From Adineta vaga (Eukaryota > Animalia > Rotifera): 64,000 bases of DNA. Position numbers and translations under genes: made by a program. Below the pieces are notes generated by a model. That model made no database searches. It was given only the letters and a program-made list of their open reading frames with translations, and had not been told where the DNA came from. Positions 12,990 to 25,743 of this stretch are shown here, one piece after another; position 1 is the first letter of the stretch, and each line of letters begins with the position of its first letter. The DNA lies in contig CP075493.1 in the NCBI GenBank assembly GCA_021613535.1, positions 15,872,001 through 15,936,000 of the forward strand, written 5' to 3'.

Positions 12990-14720
12990 TCAAAATTGAA
13001 TCGAACATCCACTCCAGATAAACAATGTTACAAACACAATTACAAAGTATCTGAAAAGATAGTATGCACTTATTGAACAAACACTTGAACTTGACGGAGT
13101 AGTTAATTTTAGATCTTCAAATGGTTTTGATATATTCAAGTATATCATCGAATACTCTTGTTCTTTTTTACCATTTCCAACAAAATCTATTGTCGTTGGA
13201 AATTCCTGAATACAGCTTGTATCATTCCATTCAGATGGGAATAAATTTGCAAATGCCCATGAACAAATAAGTTTTAATGGACACTTATAATCAACTAATA
13301 CTGTCAGAATAGTAACGTGGCCAATCAATGGAAAAGTATAGAATGTTCGTGTTTTACTTGTCATCGTTGCAAGATGAGTAGCATAATCAAGATTTGCTGC
13401 TGGATCGAGTTGACTTGATAACATTAATACATTTGAATTCATCGCTACCTTATGATAATATTCATCTAATGGATACTTAGGCCATTCAGATCGTAGAGAT
13501 GTAAAAAGTTTTAGATTTTCTAGAGCCATTAATGTTGAATTATGCCAAGCTAATAGTGTTTCTTCATCGACTTCCTCTTCATCTTTACCCAACCAAAGTT
13601 CTGATTGAATTATGTTAAAACCGAGTACAAGAGAATCGTAAAGTGCTGGCGGAGGAGTTGAACCATTTTTGCTTAACTTTTCCGATGTTCCAAGAGTAGT
13701 TTTGAAAAAAAAATTCAATATTTTTACATCATCCGGATTACAACGATTTAAACGAAAGATAACGGCTGGTATAACAGTACGACTATAAAACGATTTACTC
13801 GATGACATCATACCACGAAATAAACCTCGAAGCTTATCAGCAGTTATATGATATTGCAAAAGATGATCATTAATACAATGTTGATTATTTTGATCTAATT
13901 CCTTAAGTATTCTAGATAACATTATTTGAGGTGGTTCATGAATAGGAAAATATCGACTACATTCTGACTGGAATTGACAGTAAGCTAAAAATCGTGAAGC
14001 CACTAATGATGTCCAAAGATCATAACGACTCATAGAAAAGAGTTGTGGATGCATGACACTGTCCATAATCGCTGATTGAATAATATTTGGATAGATCTGA
14101 AGAAAACGATCGAGCCATACTGTTCCATAACTCAAACTATAGACAGACACACGACCAGAACTAATAGATTGATAAAAACGAATTTGAACTGATAGATCAT
14201 GAGCTGCTGCAGTAATCGAAAATTGATTTAAACCTTCTATACTCCATTTTGAAGTCAGATAAGAAATACAGTCAATAGTTAGATTCTGCGATCCATGGTC
14301 ATCACAAGTCAATGGAGTTGATAGTCCAACACCACGATGATCAGGAAGTATAATAGTTATACCGTAATTTGATGGGAAAAGAGTTGGTATATATTGAAGG
14401 GCAGTCCAACCGGATGAACCTGGGCCACCTGTTAGAAAGAAAAGAGTATTCCTCATTGTATAATTCTTATTGGAAGGGATGAGACGTGACATTGATATAG
14501 AAATCTTCGTTCCATTTGCTTTTGCATAATTGAGAGGAACTTCGAGTTCACAACAATCAATTGAATAATTTTCAATAGGTGGAATAACATTACCTACATT
14601 GCAATCAGACCATAGACAACCATTCACTGGAAGGTAATTACTCGGTTCAGCTTTTGCTGATTGAAGAGTAAGAAAAATAAGAAATATAGAGAAAACTAAC
14701 ATGAATATAGAATGTATCAT
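12990..14720 (-). CDS. Secreted alpha/beta hydrolase (peptidase S33/TAP-like), probable GPI or TM anchor
   Basis: 576-aa intronless ORF; signal peptide, LEVPLNY, GGPG, DHRGVG.S, SYGT nucleophile elbow, C-terminal D and GH, hydrophobic tail. Confidence 0.9.
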   Translation of the reverse strand: MIHSIFMLVFSIFLIFLTLQSAKAEPSNYLPVNGCLWSDCNVGNVIPPIENYSIDCCELEVPLNYAKANGTKISISMSRLIPSNKNYTMRNTLFFLTGGPGSSGWTALQYIPTLFPSNYGITIILPDHRGVGLSTPLTCDDHGSQNLTIDCISYLTSKWSIEGLNQFSITAAAHDLSVQIRFYQSISSGRVSVYSLSYGTVWLDRFLQIYPNIIQSAIMDSVMHPQLFSMSRYDLWTSLVASRFLAYCQFQSECSRYFPIHEPPQIMLSRILKELDQNNQHCINDHLLQYHITADKLRGLFRGMMSSSKSFYSRTVIPAVIFRLNRCNPDDVKILNFFFKTTLGTSEKLSKNGSTPPPALYDSLVLGFNIIQSELWLGKDEEEVDEETLLAWHNSTLMALENLKLFTSLRSEWPKYPLDEYYHKVAMNSNVLMLSSQLDPAANLDYATHLATMTSKTRTFYTFPLIGHVTILTVLVDYKCPLKLICSWAFANLFPSEWNDTSCIQEFPTTIDFVGNGKKEQEYSMIYLNISKPFEDLKLTTPSSSSVCSISAYYLFRYFVIVFVTLFIWSGCSIQF

Positions 14721-14899
14721 GAGGTTGTCAATAGAAAAAGATACTATTTCTCTTGTTTTCGTTTTACTTACGCCTTTAAAGATTTATTTTTTCGTTTGCT
14801 TATCGATGACTCATATCAAACAACACAGATAAGCATATAATGCGAAAAAACAAAGTCGTATGATGTTAAGAAATAATATTTCTCACTATTTTTTATCAG

Positions 14900-15262
14900 T
14901 ATAGGGTGTATGTGTGTCAGAGAAACTATGATCGCGATTTCGTCCCATCTCAAGAGGACTCATCAAATTGATTTAGACCACTAGATAGGAGAAGCTGTTC
15001 AAATGGTTTCAATTGTAAAGATAAAGCTAATTTACAAAACTCTTAAATAATATCGTCGTTCATAATCAATAGAGTTCTCATAGAGAAAAGCTCCGAAAAT
15101 TTTCAAAGAACGTTGTCAACTCCTCACCCACTCACCCCCACTCGCACTCACACCCTTCTAGTTGACTTATTTTTTACGACTTGTTTCTACCTATATATCA
15201 TTGGGCAGAATGAGAACTATTGAGGATGTGAGTCAGGGTATATTCTTAACCCACTACCACAT
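14900..15262. repeat. Degenerate telomere-like repeat remnants
   Basis: TAGGGTGTATGTGTG (~14902), CTCACCCACTCACCCCCACTCGCACTCACACCC (~15123-15155), TTGAGGATGTGAG (~15220). Confidence 0.5.
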
Positions 15263-15686
15263 TTTGTGTGAGGAAATCTATTGAAAAGATTGAATTAAAT
15301 TTTTCTTCTCAATATGGTCTGACTGTAAACTTCAAGTATAAAAACTATTCTTTGACGTCAAAGGATTAATAATAAAAGCATCCTTTAAAATAGATGAACA
15401 GATTATATTTAGATTTGATAAATATTTTATCAAGAATAATAGTTCCATACAAAGATGCAATTGCTCTCTAAAAACATTGTTAATTATGATAGAACAGAAA
15501 AATATTCTGCGTAGGTTACTGGAGAAACATGAATAAAAGGAAAGTGTTTTTTTTGTCCTATTTTAATCAGACATCTGTTACTGTAATATTCATCTATCTA
15601 TGAGTAGAATTCTATTCTTTAAATATCCAAAAATATTGTAATCGATTAAACTTTGATCTTTTCATAATAGTTATTTTATTTTCAGA

Positions 15687-18141
15687 TCAAAATATTTATC
15701 TGTCAATTGGCTTAGTAATGAAGTTAAAAAACTTTACCTACCTGGCTTTATAAAAAAGCCTATAATTATAACCTTTTTATGCTTAATGATGATGAATATG
15801 TTGATGATGATAACAGTAATGATTTTGTTCAAGGTCTAGCTATTATTCTTGAACATCAAAAATACAAAACTTGGTTATATGTTATTCTTCTCACAGGTAT
15901 ATAACTCAAACCGAAAAGTCAAGTTCATCTATATTGACCTATTGAGATTGTAAGATATAAGTGAGAATATGAGAGAAACACTCATCCTAAACCATCAAAA
16001 TCATCATTTGTTAATTTCTTTATTTTAGTATGTTTCTATATTTTATTCGGCATAACTTTGATGGCAACCAAATCGAGAGAAGCTGTTATATACAATACAA
16101 CACCTGATACTTTCGAACAACTGTATAATAAACATGGTGAAATTCTTTCATGTCCATGTTCAAGAACATCAGTACCTTATCGAAATTTTACTTCGAATAA
16201 TGTGACAATGTATCCTATTTGTTTGAGTAATTTTACTAGTGAAGAATGGATTCAAGCATTATATTTTGAAAATGCAAGTCAATATGGAGTTTGGGATTTT
16301 CGAGCAACAGCATATTCACAAGTTAGTTAAAAACTTCTAGTTCAATTGTTTTATTTTTCTTTTTTAGTTTAAATTATTATCTAGTCTTTGTTCAATTTCA
16401 AAAGAAATCATTTTTCAAACACAAATTGATATTGATAGAAATGAACTTGTTACTTTTTATCTTGTTGATCAAAAACAAATGCAAATGGAAATAAATGAAA
16501 CAATTGAATTTTTTAAAAAGAGCGCATTTTCTCGAATAACATCTTATTTAACTTTTTTAACAAATACAATTCAAACAAGTTTTTTAGTTTCAGCTCTAAA
16601 TACAAATTTCCTGATTATAACTCTAGTTCTTGATCCTCGATATATACCAATAGAAGCACATGAAGTAACAGATGGTTTCAATAAATGTAGTACCAAAACA
16701 GTAGTAACTGCTGCTACTCTCAGTTCAATTGATTATGAATCATTTCCTTCTCGACATAGATTTGACATGAAGCCCATGCCGAATTCTAACATCGTCAATG
16801 GATTCTTTACAGGATGTACTCCAATTGAAGCTCTTCTTCAAAGTACATTAAATTGTTTATACGAAACAAAATGTCTTCAATTATTACTTGATTATTTTCT
16901 AATTCTTCAACAAGTTTGTGTAGAAGAAGAAGAAGTTAATAAATATATATGTCGCAAGGTTTGTTTCTATTTAGATAAATTTTAATCCCAATAATTCAAT
17001 TTTACCTTCGAACAATGGAAATCTTACTGTGAATGAATATTTAAATAATGTTTTCGTTCGAAATTGGTCAACTGTTATCGATTATAAAAAATATTTTTAT
17101 GAATGTTCTCCATCATTATGTACATATTCAATGATAGATCGAACAGAATTATATTATGCAATCACTCTTTTCATTAGTCTTTATGGTGGTCTCACGATTA
17201 TACTTCATCTTATTGCATCATGCTCAATTGATATTTTTATGAAATGGAAATTTTATTCAAAAAAACAAAATAAACAATCAAGTAGAGCTTTGATCAGATA
17301 AATTATAGTTCATTATAATTGATTATTTTTAGTTAAACGACAAAGATCTAGTATAAAAAAATTTATTCATAAAATGAAACAATTAAATCTGTTCAAGAAT
17401 GTCAATGACCGATTAGAAAAAAGTATTATACAACAAAAGATAATTACACTTGTCTATATAATATTATTATTCGGTAGAGTTATTATATCGTTGTATTAAA
17501 TAGTCATTTATATGTTTTCTTTTAATCTTATAATAGGTTCAATCTGTACTCTTTATTTATGCACATCATTGAATAGTGAAACTATGACAATAACTGTGAC
17601 AGATACGTCAATGGCAACTTACAATTCCTTAAATGTTTTATATTCTAAAACAGTTCGATGTCCATGTTCTAATAAAGTAATACTATATCAAAGATTTGTT
17701 ACATTATCTGCACGTTTTCATCAATTATGTTCGAGTGATTTCACCAATCTTAATTGGATTTATTTATTGAGAGATATTAACAACATGAGAATCCATAATG
17801 ATTGGCGTAATCGTGCAGCTACACAATTTCAATTATTATCTGATCTTTGTAGAATAGCTAATACAATGATTAATGATGCTGTACAACGATATCTTTCACA
17901 GTTGTTTATTGTTTCTTTTGTTATAAATGAAAATGATTTCAATAAACAAATTAAAACCAGTCTCAAACAGTTTTATCAATCAACAGGTTACAATTTCGGT
18001 CTGTTGACAAATATCTTGCAACTATTGTTGCAAGTTGATCAACTGTATACAGGAGTAATGTTAGCAGCTGGGATGCAACAGGAGATCAATTTAATACCAA
18101 ATAAAATAACAACTGACATACATACAACTAATCTATTCACG
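15687..18141 (+). CDS. Multi-exon 2-TM Cys-rich ectodomain family gene (one full unit plus part of a second); apparently truncated by the downstream transposon cluster
   Basis: KTWLYVILL TM1, CPCSRTSVPY, DFR, GFFTGCTPIEALLQSTLNCLY, ECSPSLCTY, ISLYGGL TM2, then a second LNLF...CPCS..FHQLCSSDF; several GT-AG introns. No continuation found after 18141. Confidence 0.75.
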
Positions 18142-18242
18142 GTATGTCACTGTAAGCGAAATACTTTTACGTAGATCAATAATTCGAGGTTTTGACGAAT
18201 AATAAGCGAAATTAATCAGAATAATTAATGAAACGTTAGCTT

Positions 18243-19937
18243 CCCAGGTGAATGAAAACGGCCACGTTTACGGTATGTAAACGTTCCGTAAACGTTTTAA
18301 AAACGGCATCTTTACGGTATGATACGGTATCAATTCGGACCGTTTTTGGTCCGTATCGAACCGTATTTTCAGGCACAGAATTACGGATCGTAATGTGTCC
18401 GTTCAATAAACGTTCCGTATTTGGTGGTTTTCTAGAAATTATCGGATAGCAGACGGTAGTATGTTTTACACCGTATTGAGGCCGTTTTTGACCGACAATG
18501 GGCCGATTTATATCCGTTTGCACAAATCAGTATCTGTCATCTCAACAATAACTTAATTTTAAATCATCCACCTCATTTATCAATAGCTCTTTGAGTTTGC
18601 TTCGAACTATAGTTAGATTTTATTATCACGTTCAATATAAAAAACAATATCAAGGACGAGTAATCCGGTTTTCAGATCCGACGGAATCCTGTTAGATTCT
18701 CATAGCTAAGCTAGATATCGTCTGCAACATGAACACTTCACTCGTCATTTTATTATATCTAAAATATCAATCGCCCATAGTCTGATTGGATGACCGAGTT
18801 TTATTCTCATGGTGTTCTTGTAATGTATGAGGAAACTATGATTTTTTTACCAACTATGGTACTCATATACGAGCTCGTATACGAGTACTGTAGCTGGTGA
18901 AAAAACCATATTTATCTGACACATTACAAAAACACCATCAAAACAAAAATCAGTCAGCTATAGCTAGACTAATGAGCGCCACTTACTTGATTCATCCTTA
19001 TCAATAATCTAAGTTTTTAAAAAATTTATTTAAAAAAATCTTACTTATTTTTCAACTAATGATTATACTCTAAAAGTAAACAATAAAATTCATTCGAAAA
19101 ATTCTTACTGTTCAGTTGATTATTATAAATAATCTAAAAAAGAAAAGAAAATTTATCTAAATAAAATTCTTACTTACTGTTCAATCTGATTTATTCCATC
19201 TAAAATTGCAAAACCAAAATAAATTTTGTCAGTAAGGTGACCCACCAATATACTCACTCGTCAGTCACAAATTAGACTAGAAAATAGATCTTTCGAAATT
19301 ATATGTGAACGAGAAAAACGAACTGACATAATAAAGATGCTTCCAAAAAACATCGAAAGCTGATTACATTGAATGTCTATAGCATCTTTTATTTCGTTAG
19401 GTATATCTGCCTAGACGGTTGTGGATGTACAAAAATATAAAAATATAAATATCAAAAAACCTTATGATTTACTAATATGTATTAAAATTTCTATTAATTA
19501 TTTATTATTTATATATGTATATTCGAATGTTAAGTCGTGTGTTTAACTATTTATATTTGAAGTTTTGTATAGATGGCGCCATAATTTGCACAATATATTA
19601 ATTCTATTTTTGTTTTACTTCTCACTCTCTATCTATCTATCTAGAAAATTACTTTTCATTTTATAAAAAAATAATAATATTGTACAGAATGTCATATACC
19701 GGGATCTGTGGCCTTATTAAGTAGGTTTTCAGAAAAAACGGTTTAAAAACAGGGCGTAATCTGAGTTCCGTTTTCGGATAGAATTCGGTGCTCCGTAATA
19801 CGGTCCGTAAATGGTGCGAAAAATATCCGGATTTACACCGTTAACTGCTATCGGTATACGAAAACAGTCAGAGATCCGTTTAGATGCCGTTTTTTATTGG
19901 TATACTGCCGTTTTCGGTGCGACTCGTTCGACCTGGG
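18243..19937. mobile_element. Non-autonomous CACTA/CMC-like element with CCCAGGT termini
   Basis: Starts CCCAGGTGAATGA and ends TCGTTCGACCTGGG|TA; dense ACGG/CCGT subterminal repeats at both ends; AT-rich interior. The left flank is TT, so the TSD is imperfect. Confidence 0.75.
18772..18978. repeat. ~205-bp imperfect loopless palindrome (foldback)
   Basis: Centre GTACTCATATACGAG|CTCGTATACGAGTAC at 18873/18874; arms pair out to GGTGTTCTTGTAATGT / ACATTACAAAAACACC and more weakly beyond. Confidence 0.85.
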
Positions 19938-21440
19938 TATATATGCTAAAAACAATCGATTTCAGACATCAAACTTTGTAAAACATTTAAACACCAAAAC
20001 TAAATCAATCTTACCGGTAAATGATTTAGAATTGATAAACCACATGGATTCATATGATCAATCTATGAAAAATGAAAATAACTCATCAATAAATCAAAGT
20101 AAACCAATCAGAAATGTTTCTTTCGATACTGATGATAGTGATGTGCAAGCATTAGGAAAGGAACAATTAAAAAAAGGTAAGTTTTGAAATATTTTTATAT
20201 TAATTCAAGAATTGTTTTTCGATAATTAGTTATAGTCAAAATAAGAAAGTTCGAATTGAGTCAACTAATAATGGAAATCATAGTTCAATAAATAAAATAA
20301 CGGAAAATCGATAAGTCTTTATTAATTATGATAAAAAACGATTGTTTCTCTACAAAAATACAGATATTGAACAATTAACGATTCGGATTGTACCAGAAGA
20401 AGGTGACACACAAAGTTCAATTTCGATTATTTTATCTTCGAAACCAAAAGCCGTATGTATAGTTGATGTCTTGTTTGTGAATACAGCTTTTTTCAATGCA
20501 GTCTTTCTACAAGTACCTTACAATCCATTCTCTTTTCCGAATAGTAAAAAACGATATAATAAGCTATTCTGCTGTACAAATTTCATGATAAAAGTTGCAT
20601 GCATCGTTTTGGATGGCAATGATCATATGCTGCCATTTATCACAACAAATTCTGAATTTTCTTATGATGTAAAGAGAGAAATTTTCGGGTCAGAGATCAT
20701 GATTTGTGCACGGAAGATACTTTTTTATACGTATGACTTAAACGGCATTAGAAATCGAACTTGACAATGATATATCGATTCATTTTAGCTGTCTGATCAA
20801 AACATTCGTTTTCGTATTATTGTTCTATTTTAGCAAATCGTCAATAATCAACACATGCATTCGTTGAAGGAAAAAGTACGTTAAAGAGAGTATACTATGT
20901 ATTTTTGTTGTTTTTGTTTGGTTTCTAGTTTTTTATTTCAAATAATTCGTCGCAAAGCAAAAAACGTAAATTAGATGGAAGTAATCGACAAGTTGAAGTT
21001 CATTTATCAACGAGAAATAATAAAAAAATTGCTAATAAAAATGTAAGTCAAGTTTAATCCTACTTATATCTATTATGAATATGTTCGTATTAATTTGAAA
21101 TTTTTTTACCATAAATTCAAATGTTTACTTGAAACCAAGCCATGTGCTAACTTGGTTAACGGACGCTCGATACAACCTATCGTCGATCGTAATCTTTATA
21201 TAGCACCTTTAGCATTAGTTTTGGCAGCATATGGTACCGATAATAAAGTGACTTCAATTGATGTAATTAAACGATGGTTAATGATATACCAGCAGTTTCT
21301 ATTCAGGAACATTTGTGTTCTGGGATTCTCCACGGATGGAGAACCTAAGCTTCTGCGTTCGATGCGTCTTGCATCAATTTTTTTTGTTAAAACACAAACA
21401 TTGAATATTTACAATCTCTCATTCGTGTTGATATCTGTAC
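19938..21440 (+). mobile_element. Fragmented DNA-transposon coding remnants
   Basis: NNRFQTSNFVKHL and LAAYGTDNK...RW...VLGFSTDGEPKLLRSM segments look transposase-like; discontinuous, no ends found. Confidence 0.5.
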
Positions 21441-21443
21441 TGA

Positions 21444-22148
21444 AAATTTACAAAAATTTGAAAGTGGTGCCTGGCGGCTATGTGATATAGTCACGGGAGA
21501 TGAAAGTTGGTTTTATCATCGAAAAATTAAATCAAAACAAGAGTCGAAAGTATGGTTATCAAAAGAAGAAAGTCCTCCAACAGAAGTGAGAAGACAACAA
21601 TTTGAAGAAAAAACTATGTTTGTCATTTTTTTATGACAAATGGACTCGTACTCATTCATCAGCTACCTTCTAGAACATCAATCAATGCCATATATTATCG
21701 TGATGAATGTTTAAAAAGCTTAGTAAAAAATCTACACAAAAAAAGACCATTATCAACAGCAAATCACGTCAAGCTGCATCATGATAATGCAAGACCACAT
21801 ATGAATAATATTGTTTTTAATTACCTTCAAGAAGAAAAAATTAAAGTTATGGCTCATCCACCGTATTCACCTGACCTTGCTCCTTTAGATTTTTGGTTAT
21901 TCAATTATTTGAAACGTGGCCTTGATACATGTTCAGATGCGACAAGTTTGGCTAAAATGTTATCCAAGGAGCTTAATTCAATACCTATTCAAGAATACCA
22001 AAAGACATTTCAGAAATGGATTGAAAGGATGAAACTTTGTATTGAACATCGTGGGGACTACTTCGAACATTTACTGTAAAAAGATCAACAAAATGTTTTT
22101 TCTTTGAATAGATATCTGAAAGTCCGAAAACTTATTGTCTGACCTATG
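21444..22148 (+). mobile_element. 5'-truncated, frameshifted mariner (DD34D) element with right TIR
   Basis: IVTGDESWFY, HDNARPH and HPPYSPDLAPLDF motifs; frameshift in a T-run near 21630; TIR-like end ...CGAAAACTTATTGTCTGACCTATG followed by TA. Confidence 0.9.
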
Positions 22149-22614
22149 TATATTAAGTTGTGCAAAATCCAAAATGTTGAGATGTACCATACTGAAGTTA
22201 TATTATTCAATGAAGCTGCAACTTTATCAATCTATATAACTTCAACTTTTGTTTGTTTGTTTGTTTGTATATGTATATGTATAATATAATTTATAGTAGA
22301 TTTGTAGAAAATTTGTTCTATATTTGAATGTGTTTATATCGATTGTTTGTGTTGATGCTAGTTTTGACTAGTTTCACTTTACAACATGCAATTTGTGTCT
22401 ACTTCCTTTTTATCATTTCTTTTACCTGATGAAATTATTCATTATTTGGGTTTTTTCCACGATACGTTTCATTGCTTCTAATGACGCCTATTTAATTAAA
22501 ATATTTTTCCTTTTTCTTCTTCGTCAATATAAATTGAAACGTTCGAACGAACGAACGAACACATACATTCATTTTATTCACTTGATCGTTTTTTCGCAAT
22601 TAATAATATTTACA

Positions 22615-22887
22615 ATGAGTGTTCCTACTGGAATGAATCCAAATACTGCTTCGCAATATAATCAAGTTGCTGTACAATTACACAATTATGTTCATGGCAA
22701 TAATGGACATCAACTTCATTCTGCTCATGGTCATGTTCAACAGATGCCACCAACACATGGCGTAGCATATGCAACTAATGTTACCGGCTACAATACTCAA
22801 CCTCAAATGGGTGCATATCCTGGCATGAATAACAGTAATGTCGGTGATTTTTCAAACCGTTTTCTAAGATATTTTTTTCGTCATTAA
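22615..22887 (+). CDS. Small 90-aa His/Asn/Gln/Gly-rich protein, function unknown
   Basis: ATG in ACAATG context, TATAAA ~85 bp upstream, AATAAA overlapping the stop; composition distinct from the flanks. Confidence 0.6.
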   Translation: MSVPTGMNPNTASQYNQVAVQLHNYVHGNNGHQLHSAHGHVQQMPPTHGVAYATNVTGYNTQPQMGAYPGMNNSNVGDFSNRFLRYFFRH

Positions 22888-23683
22888 TAAAACAAGACGC
22901 TATTGAATATTTTCAATTGTGACTTTTATATTCTTTTTTTGATAATCAGAAATGTTTAATAAAGAAGACATTTTGAAGAGTTGATAATGCTATATGTATA
23001 TATGTTGATTGAGTATTACCGTATTTAAAATATTTAATATCATCGTTCATATACATGAACAAGCTCCCAAGGAGAAAAATTCAGTTTTCCCCCTTACAAA
23101 CCTCTATACATTTTTTTCTCTTTAATCTTCGAAAAAAAGATTGGTTATGTATAGATTTAAACTATTTCGTATAATCAACCAAAGCATTTATCATGTGCTA
23201 GATGAGATTCTAACGGTATACCATATAGTAAAGTTACTATTTGAAAAGGGAAGTACAATAATGACATTGCAGAAAAGTAAATATAAAACGAAAAAAAACG
23301 GCGTCATTTTTTTTTCTTTCCTCACTAAATCATATCTCGTGTTTCTCCATGACATTTAAATAACTATTTTTTTCCTTGAACAAACCGATTTCACGTTAAA
23401 TACCAAAAAAGGATACATTCTTCTATAACACTGGGTTTTAATTATGACCACTTCACTACTGGAAGAAAAATAACGTAATAATTTGAAATTAGTTATTAGA
23501 ATGTCGTGTTTTCGTGTTATTCACACTTTTATTCTCAAATGATTATTGATTTTATCGAGTAAATATTGTAATTATATTGAGAAATAAAGCATTAAATTAA
23601 AAAAATAAAATGTTTTTAATTATTCTCGATCAAATATTGTTTTTTTTTTATTTTTTCTGAAATCTAAATCTAAAAGAAAACAA

Positions 23684-23792
23684 TGAAGGGTGTGTGTTAA
23701 GGGTATAGCCTGATCCATCCAACCACATCTCGCATTGAAGGCACGTGGGTGGGTGTGGGTGTGGGTTGAGAGTATAGCCCGGCCCACACCCT
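23684..23792. repeat. Telomere-like inverted repeat pair
   Basis: GAAGGGTGTGTG...GTGGGTGGGTGTGGGTGTGGGT...GCCCACACCC. Confidence 0.75.
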
Positions 23793-23849
23793 TTACGTTA
23801 ATTTAATAAATTTTTATTGAAAATCAAACAATTTTTAGATCAACAATGT

Positions 23850-24088
23850 TTAGCCATTTTGTGGAACTCGAGCGACTTTATCGTCTTCATCAAAGAATAC
23901 TCATACACGATTAGGATGTAATTCTAGCTTCATAGGAGCATGAAGCGGCAGTTTTTCCACATGATAATCTAAAGTAGTAGAATAAGTTATTAATGTTTAA
24001 CAACGCAAAAAGCAATCTTCTTGAATTACCGGGATTTTCTCATGATTTCTTCAATGGCTGCATCTATTGGTTCGCCAACTAAATGAGG
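23850..24088 (-). pseudogene. Potato inhibitor I (I13, eglin/CI-2-type) protease inhibitor pseudogene, 5'-truncated
   Basis: PHLVGEPIDAAIEEIMR[frameshift]NP, GT-AG intron 24029-23969, then DYHVEKLPLHAPMKLELHPNRV*VFFDEDDKVARVPQNG*; matches the WPELVG...NRVRxFxD...VPxxG pattern. Confidence 0.8.
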
Positions 24089-24162
24089 TTGTGGGTGTGC
24101 GTGTGCGTATGCGTGGATATGGGTGTGGAAGAAGAGGAGATACCCGTACCCCACACCCACCA
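24084..24162. repeat. Telomere-like inverted repeat pair
   Basis: TGAGGTTGTGGGTGTGCGTGTG...GGGTGTGG, spacer, CCCCACACCCACC. Confidence 0.75.
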
Positions 24163-25743
24163 ATTGCTCTGTGTTACTTATTAAATTAAGTTTCAGTTAA
24201 GAACAAAATAATAATCTATTTTTTATTGATGTATATTTGTACTTTCCTGCCAATTGTATTCAAATGTGAAAATTTTTTCGGGAAATAAACAGTTTATGAA
24301 TAGAAATATTGATATAAGCTAAACACGATTTGCGTTAGGAAAAGTTAACTTTTAATTATGTTCTAATTTTCTAAACATAAATGGGAATTTCTATTTTTTC
24401 CCATCGGAATTGAAATGGGAAAAGAATTTGTTTCCGTAAAACACTATTCATAACACACATTTGCTTTTTTATTTCACAAGTGAATATTTCTTTCTTGTAT
24501 AAACATTTATTATCAAGATTGATAATGACATAAGTTTTATCATTGAACATTTTATTTGTTTATCTCTCTCTTTTTAATTAGTTTCTTTATTATAGTTGAA
24601 GTTTATAATAAAAGATGAATAAACAACAAACATATTATTTTCTCAGAAATGATGTTTCTTTTTGTATTTGACTTACATATTCAAATACATTTTTTCATAT
24701 AGACAATTTTTCTCCTTCTGTCATTCATAAAATACGTAATAATAATTGTTGTCGTTTATTGATTTAAACGTTATATATATGTTGATATTATGAAACTCTA
24801 ATAGGAATTCATGTATCGTTTCATATACAATACTGATGAAAACAAAACAACTTCATATCAACTATTTTAAATATATGAACAACGCGATCATTTTTTATGT
24901 ATTGTAATTAGTGTAAAACGAGCTATTATTAGAAAATTTCTTACTAATTTAAAATACATACAAAATATTATCTTTTGGTATGTATAGTTTTTCTTTTGAC
25001 AAAATAGAATATTATTGCTAACAGCATATAGTAAGAGGAGAATCTTACACACCGATACCCTCCGTTTAAGTTCGTTATCTGTTTGTGAGTATAGGATTTG
25101 TAGTATAGATCAATGTCACAAAAGGGTTCTTACTATTAGTATATTGTTATTGAATTACTGTATTTCTATTACATATCTTTGCAGGACAATGATGCAAAAC
25201 AATTATAGAATAATTCAGTTTCTTCTGAGATAACAAAATGTCGATGAGTGATCTATCTTTTTAGATAGAAAAAAGAACATTTGTATATTAAGTGACATTT
25301 GCTCCATAAGTAATTTATATCTTATTCTAAGATTTTAAAATAATTTTCTTTTTGTCGCAGCAATTTCCGTAATATTTATAAGAAATAGGATAAAAGAAAA
25401 CTGTGTATATACTTTGCTGCATGTTCCTTGAAAATCATTAATAACGCCACATAAGAAATATTGTCATTGGATGTATAGGCACTTCTTCTTTTTCTTTTCT
25501 TATTTACTAAACTCTCAACATCATTTTTTCATTTAAAACGTCATCATATTGAATGTAGGCCGTATTTTACCTCGTAAGAATGTGTTTCGATAATGGAGAG
25601 TAGTATCTTTGAAATAAATAATCTTTTTTTGTGTTTATTTGTTGTGGATAAACCACAGCTAACGAAGAAAACTTGATAAATTTTCGAGAAGAAAAGAATT
25701 CTGTTAATTAGTTCTTTTTGTATGACGTTCTTAGAAAAGAAAC

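Noticed and set aside
18236-18523. Short ORFs on both strands (also 49173-49638 and 27498-28808)
   Set aside because: They lie in GC-richer transposon repeats and show no protein motifs.
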